DNA from: Bacilli bacterium
GTDB taxonomy: Bacteria; Bacillota_I; Bacilli_A; RF39; UBA660
Direction: 5' to 3'
DNA length: 64,000 bases
Assembly (NCBI GenBank): GCA_017405445.1
Contig: JAFRAK010000007.1
Span: forward strand, 28,321 to 92,320
The translations under genes and the position numbers were made by a program. Shown here piece after piece: positions 1-9,683 of the stretch; the first letter of the stretch is position 1; every line of letters begins with the position of its first letter. Under the pieces are notes generated by a model, which searched no databases, was not told the DNA's origin, and saw nothing but the letters and a program-made list of their open reading frames with translations.

Positions 1-169
1 CAAATCCAGCTATTGCCATTCCATTTGTTTTTTTAGAAGAACTTTTATTACTAGTGGTAGTTTGTTGATCCATTTTTTTTATGGCACTAGGAACTTTTTC
101 TCCACAGTTAGGACAAAAAACATCAGTTTTTGATAATTCTTTTCCACATTTACCACAATATTTTTCCAT
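1..169 (-). CDS. Zinc-ribbon domain protein, N-terminal part only (gene continues past window start). Translation MEKYCGKCGKELSKTDVFCPNCGEKVPSAIKKMDQQ... from ATG at 169
   Basis: Read by hand on minus strand: two CxxC pairs (CGKCG...CPNCG). Open to window edge. AG-rich region precedes the ATG. Confidence 0.45.
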   Translation of the reverse strand, partial: MEKYCGKCGKELSKTDVFCPNCGEKVPSAIKKMDQQTTTSNKSSSKKTNGMAIAGF

Positions 170-217
170 AATATACCTCTTTTCTTAAAAAAATTATATC
201 TCTTTTTACTGGAATAA

Positions 218-898
218 TCAAATATATCGCGATATTTGGACAATATAATGATCTTGTTTTGTCATTTTTAATACTTGGTCATATCGATATTTTCCAACTT
301 TACGAATACTAAAAATATCTCCTTCTTTTAATTTATAATCATATTTTGTTAAAATATCATAATTTAAAAATACTTGTTTATCTTGAATAATATCAAGTAC
401 ATTTCCTCTAGAAGTATGTAAAATACTAGATAAAACATTATCAATTCTTAAACTAGATACAATTAATTCTAGTACTTCGTAATCTCGATGATAATCTTCT
501 AGAGTAGATAAAGATACTTTTTCTACTTCGACTTTACAATTTCTTACTTGATGGAAATTTGCTTCAAAATAGTTTTCTACAATAGGTAATATATAAATAT
601 AATAATGATGATCAACTAGTATAATATCTCCAAATAAATCATCTGAAATGTTAAGAGAATACATTGTACCTAAAATATCTTGATGTCGAAGATCTACATT
701 ACAATGAATTTCATATAAACATACATCTGGAGTTTTATCTTTATAAAGAATATTTTTTTCACTATCAGGATAGGGTTTATATATCGTATAATCTTTCTTT
801 TTTAAATGAGAAGTTATTTCATGAACTTCTTTTTGATTTAAAAAATAAGTAGATCCATTATTATGAAATCTTGTTAGATTCTTTTGCGTTGTATACAT
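218..898 (-). CDS. S4-domain RNA-binding protein, YlmH-like
   Basis: ORF track 218..907. C-terminal S4-like segment LRIDNVLSSILHTSRGNVLDIIQDKQVFLNYDI. Start moved to ATG at 898, preceded by AGGTGA at 5-nt spacing. Confidence 0.5.
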   Translation of the reverse strand: MYTTQKNLTRFHNNGSTYFLNQKEVHEITSHLKKKDYTIYKPYPDSEKNILYKDKTPDVCLYEIHCNVDLRHQDILGTMYSLNISDDLFGDIILVDHHYYIYILPIVENYFEANFHQVRNCKVEVEKVSLSTLEDYHRDYEVLELIVSSLRIDNVLSSILHTSRGNVLDIIQDKQVFLNYDILTKYDYKLKEGDIFSIRKVGKYRYDQVLKMTKQDHYIVQISRYI

Positions 899-934
899 AA
901 ATTTCACCTATACCTATTATAACAAAAAAAGACT

Positions 935-1363
935 TTATAAATAGTCTTTTAATTGTTCGACAAATTTTTCTTGCATTTTAACAAATTTTTCACAAATATG
1001 ATGTACCTTTTTATCCATCTTTTTATGATTTAATATTTTTCTACCTTCAATAATACCCATAACAGTACCATTTATCATAATTTCGGCTACTTTAGAATTA
1101 CTTCCATCAAATATCGTATCTTTCATAATACCATACCAAGCCATTACCTTTTCAGGCATATTTACTTCATGTATTTCATCATCTGAATAATGGTGATATA
1201 AATCTTTTATTTCTAAAGAAATAGAATCATATCTTTCTTTATATTCTTCTAATAAATCTGCTAAAGAGTGTTCATCTACTTTTTTTAAAATCATATCAAT
1301 TGCTTCAACACCCATATCAGCACCCTTATGTAATTCATCTAAAATATTAATATTATTATCCAT
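935..1363 (-). CDS. Hypothetical protein (about 142 aa)
   Basis: Track ORF 935..1573 runs into the mnmA promoter region. Trimmed to ATG at 1363 (MDNNINILDEL...), preceded by GGAGGT. Confidence 0.4.
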   Translation of the reverse strand: MDNNINILDELHKGADMGVEAIDMILKKVDEHSLADLLEEYKERYDSISLEIKDLYHHYSDDEIHEVNMPEKVMAWYGIMKDTIFDGSNSKVAEIMINGTVMGIIEGRKILNHKKMDKKVHHICEKFVKMQEKFVEQLKDYL

Positions 1364-1514
1364 AAATACCTCCATAAATAGAATGACCAATATTTTTGCT
1401 TTTATACTATTATTTACGAATAAATGGATTTGTAATATAATATAAGAAGAAAATAATTGAAAAATATGAAAAAAATGATATAATATACAAGAATTAAAAA
1501 AGGAGGTGGAATCT

Positions 1515-2618
1515 ATGAAAAAAGTAGTAATTGGTATGAGTGGTGGAGTAGATTCATCTGTTGCGGCAATCATTCTACAAAAACAAGGTTATGAAGTAAT
1601 AGGATTGTTTATGAGAAATTGGGATTCTCTAGCAGATGGAGAATTAAATGGACCTACAACAGATTCTGGAATTTGTCCTCAAGAAGAAGATTATAATGAT
1701 GCAAAAGCAGTATGCGATAAATTAGGGATTCCTCTACATCGTAAGGATTTTGTAAAAGAATATTGGAATTATGTATTTACATACTTCTTAGATGAATTAA
1801 AAAATGGTCGTACACCAAATCCAGATATTATGTGTAACAAATATATTAAATTTGATATGTTTGCAGAAGAAGCTCGTAAATTAGGAGCAGATTATATCGC
1901 AACAGGACATTATGCTAGAATAAAAGATGGGAAATTACTAAGAGGAGTAGACGAAAATAAAGATCAAACTTATTTCTTATCTCAAGTATCGAAAGAACAA
2001 TTTAAAAATGTATTATTCCCAATTGGTGATATGATAAAACCAGAAGTAAGAAAAATAGCAGAAGAATATGATCTAATTACGGCGAAAAAGAAAGATTCTA
2101 CCGGAATATGTTTTATAGGAGAAAGAAACTTTAAAAACTTTTTAAAGAACTATTTACCTAATCAACCAGGTAATGTAGTTAATATTGATACAAATGAAGT
2201 AATTGGAAAACATATTGGTTTAATGAATTATACAATTGGTCAAAGAAAAGGATTAAATATTGGTGGAACAGAAGATAAAATGTTTGTTGTTGGAAAAGAT
2301 CTAGCAAAGAACGTTTTGTATATTTGTTTAGGAGAAGATAATGAATATTTAATAAGTACTTCTTGTATAGTAGATCAAGTAAACTTTCTAGGAGAAGAAA
2401 AAATAAAGAAATGTACTGCTAAATTTAGATATAGACAACAAGATGTCCCTGTAGAATTAGAATGGTTAGACAATAATGAAGTATTAGTAAAATATCCACA
2501 AGGAGTAAAATCTGTAACTCCAGGACAAGCATGTGTTTTCTATGATGGAGAAGAATGTCTTGGTGGAGGTATTATTAAAGAAGTACAAAAAGATGGTAAA
2601 AAACTTTGGTACTTATAG
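1515..2618 (+). CDS. mnmA: tRNA-specific 2-thiouridylase MnmA
   Basis: PP-loop motif [15 protein letters not shown]. Full-length similarity pattern of MnmA. AGGAGGTG RBS 6 nt upstream of ATG 1515. Confidence 0.9.
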   Translation: MKKVVIGMSGGVDSSVAAIILQKQGYEVIGLFMRNWDSLADGELNGPTTDSGICPQEEDYNDAKAVCDKLGIPLHRKDFVKEYWNYVFTYFLDELKNGRTPNPDIMCNKYIKFDMFAEEARKLGADYIATGHYARIKDGKLLRGVDENKDQTYFLSQVSKEQFKNVLFPIGDMIKPEVRKIAEEYDLITAKKKDSTGICFIGERNFKNFLKNYLPNQPGNVVNIDTNEVIGKHIGLMNYTIGQRKGLNIGGTEDKMFVVGKDLAKNVLYICLGEDNEYLISTSCIVDQVNFLGEEKIKKCTAKFRYRQQDVPVELEWLDNNEVLVKYPQGVKSVTPGQACVFYDGEECLGGGIIKEVQKDGKKLWYL

Positions 2619-2628
2619 GAGGTAGATT

Positions 2629-3318
2629 ATGGATCAAAATAAAATAGGAAATTTTATCAAATCCATTCGTATAGAGAATAATTTAACTCAAAAAGATTTT
2701 GCTGATAAACTAGGAGTAACTCCTCAAGCTGTATCAAAATGGGAGAATGGAAAGAATATCCCAGATATCGCAATTATGAAAGATATTAGTGAAAAATTCC
2801 AAGTAAATATTGATGAAATACTAAATGGAGAAAAAATCTATCAAAGAAAATCATCTAAAATATCAATAATAATTCCAGTAATAATCTTATTATTAGGATT
2901 ATTAATAATATTTCTAATAACAAACTCAACAAAGGATTTTGAGTTTAAAACAATTTCTTCTAAATGTAGTGATTTTAAAATTACAGGTAGTGCTGCCTAT
3001 AATAAAGATAAAGCATCTATTTATATTTCTAATATAGAATTCTGTGGAAAAGAAGATATTGAAAAATATCAATCTATTACTTGTAAGTTATATGAAAAAA
3101 ATAATAAAACAAAAACAGAATTAAGTGAATGTATAGAAAAGAATGATATCAGTTTAGAGAATTATTTAAAAGATGTAAATATAAATGTAAATAATTATTC
3201 TTCTATTTGTAAAAATCAATCTACAACGAAATTAGTATTAGAAATCAATGCTACAACAGAAAATAATAAGACAATTATTTATACAATTCCATTAAAATTA
3301 AATGATAACTGCAAATAA
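2629..3318 (+). CDS. XRE-family HTH transcriptional regulator with C-terminal membrane anchor and extracellular Cys-containing domain
   Basis: HTH_3 motif NLTQKDFADKLGVTPQAVSKWENGK. One TM segment (IIIPVIILLLGLLIIFLI). Confidence 0.7.
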   Translation: MDQNKIGNFIKSIRIENNLTQKDFADKLGVTPQAVSKWENGKNIPDIAIMKDISEKFQVNIDEILNGEKIYQRKSSKISIIIPVIILLLGLLIIFLITNSTKDFEFKTISSKCSDFKITGSAAYNKDKASIYISNIEFCGKEDIEKYQSITCKLYEKNNKTKTELSECIEKNDISLENYLKDVNINVNNYSSICKNQSTTKLVLEINATTENNKTIIYTIPLKLNDNCK

Positions 3319-3387
3319 TTCAATGAAAATTGAATTATTTTTTAATTATTAATAAAAAGATGTTATAATAGATACAAGGTGATGAAA

Positions 3388-4080
3388 ATGAAAAAATTAG
3401 GAAAAATACTATTAATTGTAATTTTATTATTTGGATTAACTGCTTGTCATAAAGACAAAAGTGATGCATCAAAATTTAAAAAAGAATATGAATCTTTAAA
3501 TGGTACTAAATCTCAATCAGGAAAAACCATTCGTACTGTTTCTATTGATAAAGAAAATCCAATGATTTATAAGACTGCAGATGAAATAGTTGAAATGATA
3601 GAAGGAAATGAATCTTTTGTAGTTTATTTTGGATTTGCTTCTTGTCCATGGTGTCGTTCTATGATAGAGACATTATTAAAGAGTGCAAAGGATAATAATA
3701 TCAAAACAATTTATTATGTTGATGTATTAAATATTCGTGATAAATATGAAGTAAAAGATGGAAAACTTGAAAAGACAGAAGAAGGAACAGATAGCTATAA
3801 TGAGTTAATTGATCTATTTGCTGAAGTACTAGATGATTATAAAGTAAAAACAGAAGATGGAGAAGAACTAGATACTAAAGAAAAAAGAATATATGCTCCT
3901 AATGTAGTAGCAGTAGTAAATGGTAAAGCAATTAAAATGATTGAAGGAACTAGTTCTAAATTAGAAGATCCATATTCTGAATTAACAGAAGATATGAAAA
4001 CAGAAAGTTATAATTCATTTAAATGTTTATGGGAATGTCTAGAACAAGAATCAACAATTTGTACGAAAAATGCTTGTTAA
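3388..4080 (+). CDS. Lipoprotein with thioredoxin-like CPWC motif
   Basis: Lipobox LFGLTAC. FASCPWCRS CxxC motif. RBS AAGGTGA. Confidence 0.5.
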   Translation: MKKLGKILLIVILLFGLTACHKDKSDASKFKKEYESLNGTKSQSGKTIRTVSIDKENPMIYKTADEIVEMIEGNESFVVYFGFASCPWCRSMIETLLKSAKDNNIKTIYYVDVLNIRDKYEVKDGKLEKTEEGTDSYNELIDLFAEVLDDYKVKTEDGEELDTKEKRIYAPNVVAVVNGKAIKMIEGTSSKLEDPYSELTEDMKTESYNSFKCLWECLEQESTICTKNAC

Positions 4081-4084
4081 GAAA

Positions 4085-4107
4085 AGGAACTGTATAGTTC
4101 CTTTTTG
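4085..4107 (+). terminator. Rho-independent terminator
   Basis: AGGAACTgtatAGTTCCT hairpin followed by TTTTTG. Confidence 0.6.
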
Positions 4108-4143
4108 ATATTTGTGTTATAATTAGTTTTAGGAGATGAGAAT

Positions 4144-5652
4144 ATGAAAAAGACATTTTTATTATGTATATTAGATGGATGTGGGTTAGCACCTAAGAAT
4201 AAATATAATGCTTTTGATAATGCTAATAAACCTACATTGGATTATATAAGAGAGAATTATCCTCATACCATACTAGAAGCATCTGGTAAACCTGTAGGAC
4301 TTCCAGATGGACAAATGGGTACGAGTGAAGTAGGACATATGAACATTGGTTCTGGAAGAATCTGTTATCAATCATTAGAAATGATTAATCATGCAATTGA
4401 AACAGGAGAGTTTTTTAAGAACAAAAATATTTTAAAAGTAATTGATCATGTAAAAGAAAATCATTCTAAATTACATGTAATGGGATTAATTAGTGATGGA
4501 GGAATTCATTCTCATACTTCTCATTTATTAGCACTAGTTGATATGTGTAAACAAAATGGAATTAAAGAAATCTATTTCCATTTATTTACAGATGGTAGAG
4601 ATACTGGAGTAAAAACAGCTCAAAAGTGGATTAAAAAACTAGAAGATAAAATAGATGAGACTAAGTTAGGTACTATTACAACAATATCTGGTAGATATTA
4701 TGCAATGGATAGAGATAATAATTATGATCGCCTAAAACTTGCTTATGATGCAATTTGTTATGGAATAGGAGAACATTATAATACTGTAAAAGAAGTATTT
4801 GAAGATCAATATAGTAAAGATATTACTGATGAGTTTATCTTACCTAGTATTATAAATGATGGAAAACTTGCAGATAACGATGGAATTATTGTATGGAATT
4901 ATAGACCAGATCGTTTAAGAGAAATGTTTACCGCAATAACGAATCCTGAAGAATCTCCTATGGAAACTACAAATTTTAAGAATATTAAATTTGTATCTAT
5001 GATGCCAATTAATGAAACAGTAAAAGGATTAACTGCTTTCGAGCATCAAGAAATTAATAATGGAATAGGAGAATATGTAGCATCTCTTGGAATGAGTCAA
5101 TTGCGTATTGCGGAAACTGAAAAGTATGTACATGTAACTCATTTCTTTGATGGAGATAAAGATATAGAATTACCAAATGAAAAGAAAATATTAATTCCTT
5201 CTCCTAAAGTAGCAACCTATGATTTAAAACCTGAAATGAGTGCTGAAGAAATAACAGATAGTTTATTAAAAGAATTAGACAAAGACTATCTAGATTTAGT
5301 TATTCTAAATTATGCTAATGGAGATATGGTTGGTCATACAGGAGTTTATGACGCAGCAGTAACTGCAGTAGAATTTATGGATAAATGTGTTAAAAGACTA
5401 TATGACAAAATAGAAGAAATTGGTGGTACCATGATTATTACAGCAGATCATGGAAACTGTGATGTTATGGTAAATCCTGATGGAACACCTTGTACAACAC
5501 ATACAACGAATCCAGTACCATTTTATATTACAAAGAAAGATGTTAAACTAAAAGAACATGGTAAACTAGCAGATATTGCCCCAACTATATTAGATGTAAT
5601 GGGATTACCAATCCCTGTAGAAATAACAGGAGAATCTTTATTAATAGATTAG
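4144..5652 (+). CDS. gpmI: 2,3-bisphosphoglycerate-independent phosphoglycerate mutase
   Basis: N-terminal LCILDGCGLAP...GQMGTSEVGHMNIGSGRI signature of iPGM, about 500 aa. Confidence 0.88.
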   Translation: MKKTFLLCILDGCGLAPKNKYNAFDNANKPTLDYIRENYPHTILEASGKPVGLPDGQMGTSEVGHMNIGSGRICYQSLEMINHAIETGEFFKNKNILKVIDHVKENHSKLHVMGLISDGGIHSHTSHLLALVDMCKQNGIKEIYFHLFTDGRDTGVKTAQKWIKKLEDKIDETKLGTITTISGRYYAMDRDNNYDRLKLAYDAICYGIGEHYNTVKEVFEDQYSKDITDEFILPSIINDGKLADNDGIIVWNYRPDRLREMFTAITNPEESPMETTNFKNIKFVSMMPINETVKGLTAFEHQEINNGIGEYVASLGMSQLRIAETEKYVHVTHFFDGDKDIELPNEKKILIPSPKVATYDLKPEMSAEEITDSLLKELDKDYLDLVILNYANGDMVGHTGVYDAAVTAVEFMDKCVKRLYDKIEEIGGTMIITADHGNCDVMVNPDGTPCTTHTTNPVPFYITKKDVKLKEHGKLADIAPTILDVMGLPIPVEITGESLLID

Positions 5653-5673
5653 ACACCAAAGGTGTCTTTTTTT
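5652..5673 (+). terminator. Rho-independent terminator
   Basis: GACACCaaaGGTGTC followed by T7. Confidence 0.7.
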
Positions 5674-5777
5674 GTAAAGTAAAAAAGTAATAACAATAAT
5701 AATTATTATTATTGTATTATAATGGTAATATAGTAAGGTCATGAAAAAAACTCTATCATAAAAAATAAGGAGTAATT

Positions 5778-8654
5778 ATGAACAAATATAAGAATAAAAA
5801 GAATCTTTATTTAATAATGTTATATTTAATACTATCCTTAGGAATCGTATATGCAATACTACATGCAAATTTACAAATCAATGGTACAGCAAAGATTCAG
5901 TCAAATAATTGGGATGTACATTTTGCTAATATAGAAGTAAATGAGTCAAGTGTAGCTCTTAATCAAGATGATAGTGGAGCAACAATAGATCCAGATAATA
6001 ATTGTAAAATAGATTTTGAAGTAACATTATCTCTACCAGGAGACTTCTATGAATTTACAGTGGATGTTGAAAATTCTGGGACAATAGATGCTATGATTGG
6101 AACAATTTCTAAGACATTAAAGATAAATAACACAATTATAGATACAATACCAGAGTACTTGAATTATTCGATAACATATGATGATGGAATAGAAATACAG
6201 GAGCATCATAAATTATCAGCAGGAGAAAGTGAAACCTATCTTGTTCGATTAGAGTTTAAAACAGATATCGAAGAATTACCAAGTGCCACATCAATAGAAA
6301 TGAGTTTAGAACCACAATATATTCAAGCAGATGAAACAGCCATACAAAAACCATTCAATGGATTTATTGATGGTAAGAGTTTCAATATTAAAGTTAAAAA
6401 ATTAGCTGGAGATGCCTCTGCAAAACAATATTCAGATAATACTAGTATTTCAGCTTTTGTGAGATCAAATAATCCACCAGATATTAATTCCATGACGGAA
6501 GATAATATCATTTCAACAGGAGAAGATGTTATTTATGCTTGGATACAAGGAAGTGCATTATACTATTATACAGAATGTGAAAGACCATTATTAAATCCAG
6601 ATGCTTCAGAGATGTTTCGTAATTTTCTTAATTTGTCATATTTACAATTAGATACAATTGATACATCTAAAACAAAAGATATGTCTTATATGTTTATGGA
6701 TACTGGAGATAATGCTACAGGAATATACTTACCAATTGCTAACTGGGATACTTCTAATGTAAAAAAGATGAGACTGATGTTTTATTCTATTGCAACATCA
6801 GCATCAAGTTTTTCACTAGACTTATCAAACTGGGATGTATCAAATGTTACAGATATGTATGGAGCTTTTGAATCGATTGCTTCAGATATGGCTGGATCAT
6901 TTTATTTAAATCTTACTGGCTGGAATACATCCAAGGTAGAAAATATGGACTACATGTTTATGCAAACAGCTTATAGAGCTTCAAAATGGGAAGTTGTAGG
7001 ATTGGCAAACTGGGATGTTTCCAACGTAACTAGTATGTATGAAATGTTCGATCAAACTGGTGGAAAAGATCCTAATTTTAATTTGGACTTATCAAATTGG
7101 AAACCTTTACAAGTAACTAATATGCAGCAATTGTTTTATTTGGCCGGAGTGAATGCGACAACGTTTAATCTTAATCTACAGAATTGGAATGCACCTAAAG
7201 TCACAAATATGAAAATGATGTTTCTGCAAGCAGGAAGCAAGTCCACTTCTTTCACAATAAATATGACAAATTGGAATACGCCAAGTTTAACAGATATTAG
7301 TGAGATGTTTAATTATATAGGACCTTCTGCAACTGATTTTAATATTATTGGTTTATCTAGTTTAGATACTCAAAACGTCACAAATATGTATAAAGTTTTT
7401 TATGGTTCAGGTCAACATGCAACATCTTATACATTAGATGTTGCAACATGGAACACTTCAAATGTTACAAATATGTATAGTACATTTGAGCAAAGTGGAT
7501 ATTATTCTCCAACTTATAATGTAGATATTTCAAACTGGAACACTTCAAATGTCACGAATATGAATAGGATGTTTTATAGTGCAGGAAGAAATGCCACAAC
7601 ATGGAGTATCGGAGATATATCAAACTGGAACACCTCAAAAGTAACTACAACGATAGAAATGTTTTCTTATGCTGGAAATAACACAACAACTTGGAATATA
7701 GGAGATATATCAAACTGGAACACCTCAAAAGTCACCAATATGTCTTCTATGTTTTATTGTGCAGGCTATAAAGCCACAACATTTCATTTAGACTTATCAA
7801 ATTGGAATACTTCTGAGGTTACTTATATGTCATCTATGTTCAACAGTGCAGGCTATAAATCCACAACATGGAGTATTGGAGATATATCAAACTGGGACAC
7901 CTCAAAAGTCACTGATATGTATAGTATGTTTGAGTATGCAGGATATAATGCCACAACATTTAATTTAGATTTATCAAATTGGAATACTTCTGAGGTTATT
8001 TATATGTCATCTATGTTCAACAGTGCAGGCTATAAAGCTACAACATGGAGTATTGGAGATTTATCAAATTGGGATACCTCAAAAGTCACTTCAATGAGAT
8101 CTATGTTTTCTTATGCCGGGTATAATGCCACAACATTTAGTTTAAATATATCAAACTGGAATACATCAAAAGTAACTGATATGTCATCTATGTTTTCTAA
8201 TGCCGGTTATAATGTCTCAACTTTTAATTTAAGTATATCAAATTGGAACACCTCAAAAGTAACTAATATGTATTCAATGTTTGAATATGCAGGAAGAAGT
8301 GCAACAACATGGAGTATTGGAGATTTATCAAACTGGGATACCTCAAAAGTAACTAATATGTCTTATATGTTTTATTATGCAGGGTATAGTTCCACAACAT
8401 GGAATAGTATAGGAACTTTAAAAGTATATGCCACGAATATTGGCAATATGTTCAACTATTGTATAAATGCAAAAGCTACATTAAAAATTTATAATAATCC
8501 TACAAATTATAGTGCTGTGTTTTCGAGTGCCGCTACAGCATCAGGTAGTTTAATTACCGTAGATTACACAAGTGTTGTTACAGATATTGATAAAATTATT
8601 GCGAAAAAGTCTAGTGATTCTAATGTTGTGAAAGGAAGTTTATTTACTGCATAG
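5778..8654 (+). CDS. Paralog-family surface protein A: conserved ~185-aa N-terminal signal-anchor plus domain, then long DUF285/BspA-type leucine-rich repeat array
   Basis: N-terminus about 65-75% identical to ORFs at 31519, 39625 and 45482. About 26-30-aa repeats of the form NWDTSKVTNMSSMF...AGYNATTF. Confidence 0.8.
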   Translation: MNKYKNKKNLYLIMLYLILSLGIVYAILHANLQINGTAKIQSNNWDVHFANIEVNESSVALNQDDSGATIDPDNNCKIDFEVTLSLPGDFYEFTVDVENSGTIDAMIGTISKTLKINNTIIDTIPEYLNYSITYDDGIEIQEHHKLSAGESETYLVRLEFKTDIEELPSATSIEMSLEPQYIQADETAIQKPFNGFIDGKSFNIKVKKLAGDASAKQYSDNTSISAFVRSNNPPDINSMTEDNIISTGEDVIYAWIQGSALYYYTECERPLLNPDASEMFRNFLNLSYLQLDTIDTSKTKDMSYMFMDTGDNATGIYLPIANWDTSNVKKMRLMFYSIATSASSFSLDLSNWDVSNVTDMYGAFESIASDMAGSFYLNLTGWNTSKVENMDYMFMQTAYRASKWEVVGLANWDVSNVTSMYEMFDQTGGKDPNFNLDLSNWKPLQVTNMQQLFYLAGVNATTFNLNLQNWNAPKVTNMKMMFLQAGSKSTSFTINMTNWNTPSLTDISEMFNYIGPSATDFNIIGLSSLDTQNVTNMYKVFYGSGQHATSYTLDVATWNTSNVTNMYSTFEQSGYYSPTYNVDISNWNTSNVTNMNRMFYSAGRNATTWSIGDISNWNTSKVTTTIEMFSYAGNNTTTWNIGDISNWNTSKVTNMSSMFYCAGYKATTFHLDLSNWNTSEVTYMSSMFNSAGYKSTTWSIGDISNWDTSKVTDMYSMFEYAGYNATTFNLDLSNWNTSEVIYMSSMFNSAGYKATTWSIGDLSNWDTSKVTSMRSMFSYAGYNATTFSLNISNWNTSKVTDMSSMFSNAGYNVSTFNLSISNWNTSKVTNMYSMFEYAGRSATTWSIGDLSNWDTSKVTNMSYMFYYAGYSSTTWNSIGTLKVYATNIGNMFNYCINAKATLKIYNNPTNYSAVFSSAATASGSLITVDYTSVVTDIDKIIAKKSSDSNVVKGSLFTA
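7794..8100 (+). repeat. Intragenic higher-order tandem duplication (period 177 bp, two LRR units) with near-identical DNA copies
   Basis: ttatcaaattggaatacttctgaggtt... block recurs at 7794 and 7971 with only a few substitutions over about 130 nt. Confidence 0.6.
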
Positions 8655-8717
8655 ACAAAAGAAGATTTATTTCTTCTTTTCTTTTTGATATAATAATAAA
8701 ACAAGTGAGATGATTAT

Positions 8718-9617
8718 ATGAAAAAATATATTGTGAGTGATATACATGGAAATGGAGATATCTATAATTCTATTATGGGTTATTTAGATAATGTTTCTTT
8801 AGTGGATGATGTAACTTTATATATAAATGGAGATTTATTTGATAGAGGACCAGATTCTTTAGAAGTATTATTAGATACAAAAAGAAGAATTGAAAATAAC
8901 GAGGGTTTTAAAATCAATTATTTGGGTGGAAATCATGAATTAATGATGTACCAAACCCTAAAAAAAAGAAAACCTGGTAAGTGGATATCTCATTGGTGCG
9001 ATTGGATGTTAAATGGAGGATGGATTATCGAAGGAAAACTAGACTGTATGGAAGATGGAGAAGCAAAATGTGATGAGTTAAGAGACTTTGTTGGGAATCT
9101 AAAACTTTATGAAACATTTGAAGAAACAATAGGAGATAAACCAATTTTATTAGTACATGCATCTGCGCCTAAGAAAGTTGAAAATCCATGTATGAAAACA
9201 ATATCTAATAATGATAGAGATACATTTCATATGGTATGGGATAGAGAAAAAGATGAATTTGGTTTTCGCAATTATTTAGGAAATAAAGATTATTTTACCA
9301 TACTTGGACATACTCCGGTAGCAGCAGGTTTTCATCACAATAAACGAGAAAATTATTTAAATATTGATGGAGGTTGTGCTGGATATGCTGTAGGACAATT
9401 CCAATATCAATATGTACCATTAATTGAAATTATGGATGATTATATTATTATTTTATTATTTAATCATAATAATGAAATTGTAAAAGGATTCCAATTTGAT
9501 GGAAGATTATGGGAGTTACCTGCAAAAGAATTAGAAAAGAGAAAAGAGTTTATTGATCACACTTATGATAATCAACAAGAGAAGTATAAACAAAAAGTTT
9601 TAGAAATTTTACAGTAA
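8718..9617 (+). CDS. PPP-family metallophosphoesterase (PrpE/ApaH-like Ser/Thr phosphatase)
   Basis: Motifs SDIHGNGD, GDLFDRGPDS, GGNHELMM in canonical order. Confidence 0.75.
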   Translation: MKKYIVSDIHGNGDIYNSIMGYLDNVSLVDDVTLYINGDLFDRGPDSLEVLLDTKRRIENNEGFKINYLGGNHELMMYQTLKKRKPGKWISHWCDWMLNGGWIIEGKLDCMEDGEAKCDELRDFVGNLKLYETFEETIGDKPILLVHASAPKKVENPCMKTISNNDRDTFHMVWDREKDEFGFRNYLGNKDYFTILGHTPVAAGFHHNKRENYLNIDGGCAGYAVGQFQYQYVPLIEIMDDYIIILLFNHNNEIVKGFQFDGRLWELPAKELEKRKEFIDHTYDNQQEKYKQKVLEILQ

Positions 9618-9683
9618 AGGAAGTAGAAAAAAAGTCTATTTCCTTTTATTATGATATAATTAAAATGATATGGAGGGTTTTAT

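Noticed and set aside
5691-5716. AT-only palindrome AATAATAATTATTATT upstream of paralog gene A as a possible operator
   Set aside because: It is pure AT low-complexity in an AT-rich genome next to a -10-like TATAAT. Such palindromes arise by chance.
6323-6511. Short antisense or alternative-frame track ORFs embedded in larger genes (6323..6511, 9778..9960, 11849..12046, 17877..18068, 18256..18444, 19423..19641, 21882..22109, 24568..24850, 25032..25319, 25407..25601, 25657..25878, 27403..27588, 36945..37139, 38591..38782, 40781..40963, 44501..44731, 45277..45495, 47397..47588, 53323..53535, 54722..54919, 57871..58129, 58738..58938, 61241..61432, 664..852)
   Set aside because: Each lies wholly within or across a much longer, motif-supported gene on the other strand or frame. 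They lack an RBS and have the biased composition expected of spurious ORFs in AT-rich DNA.
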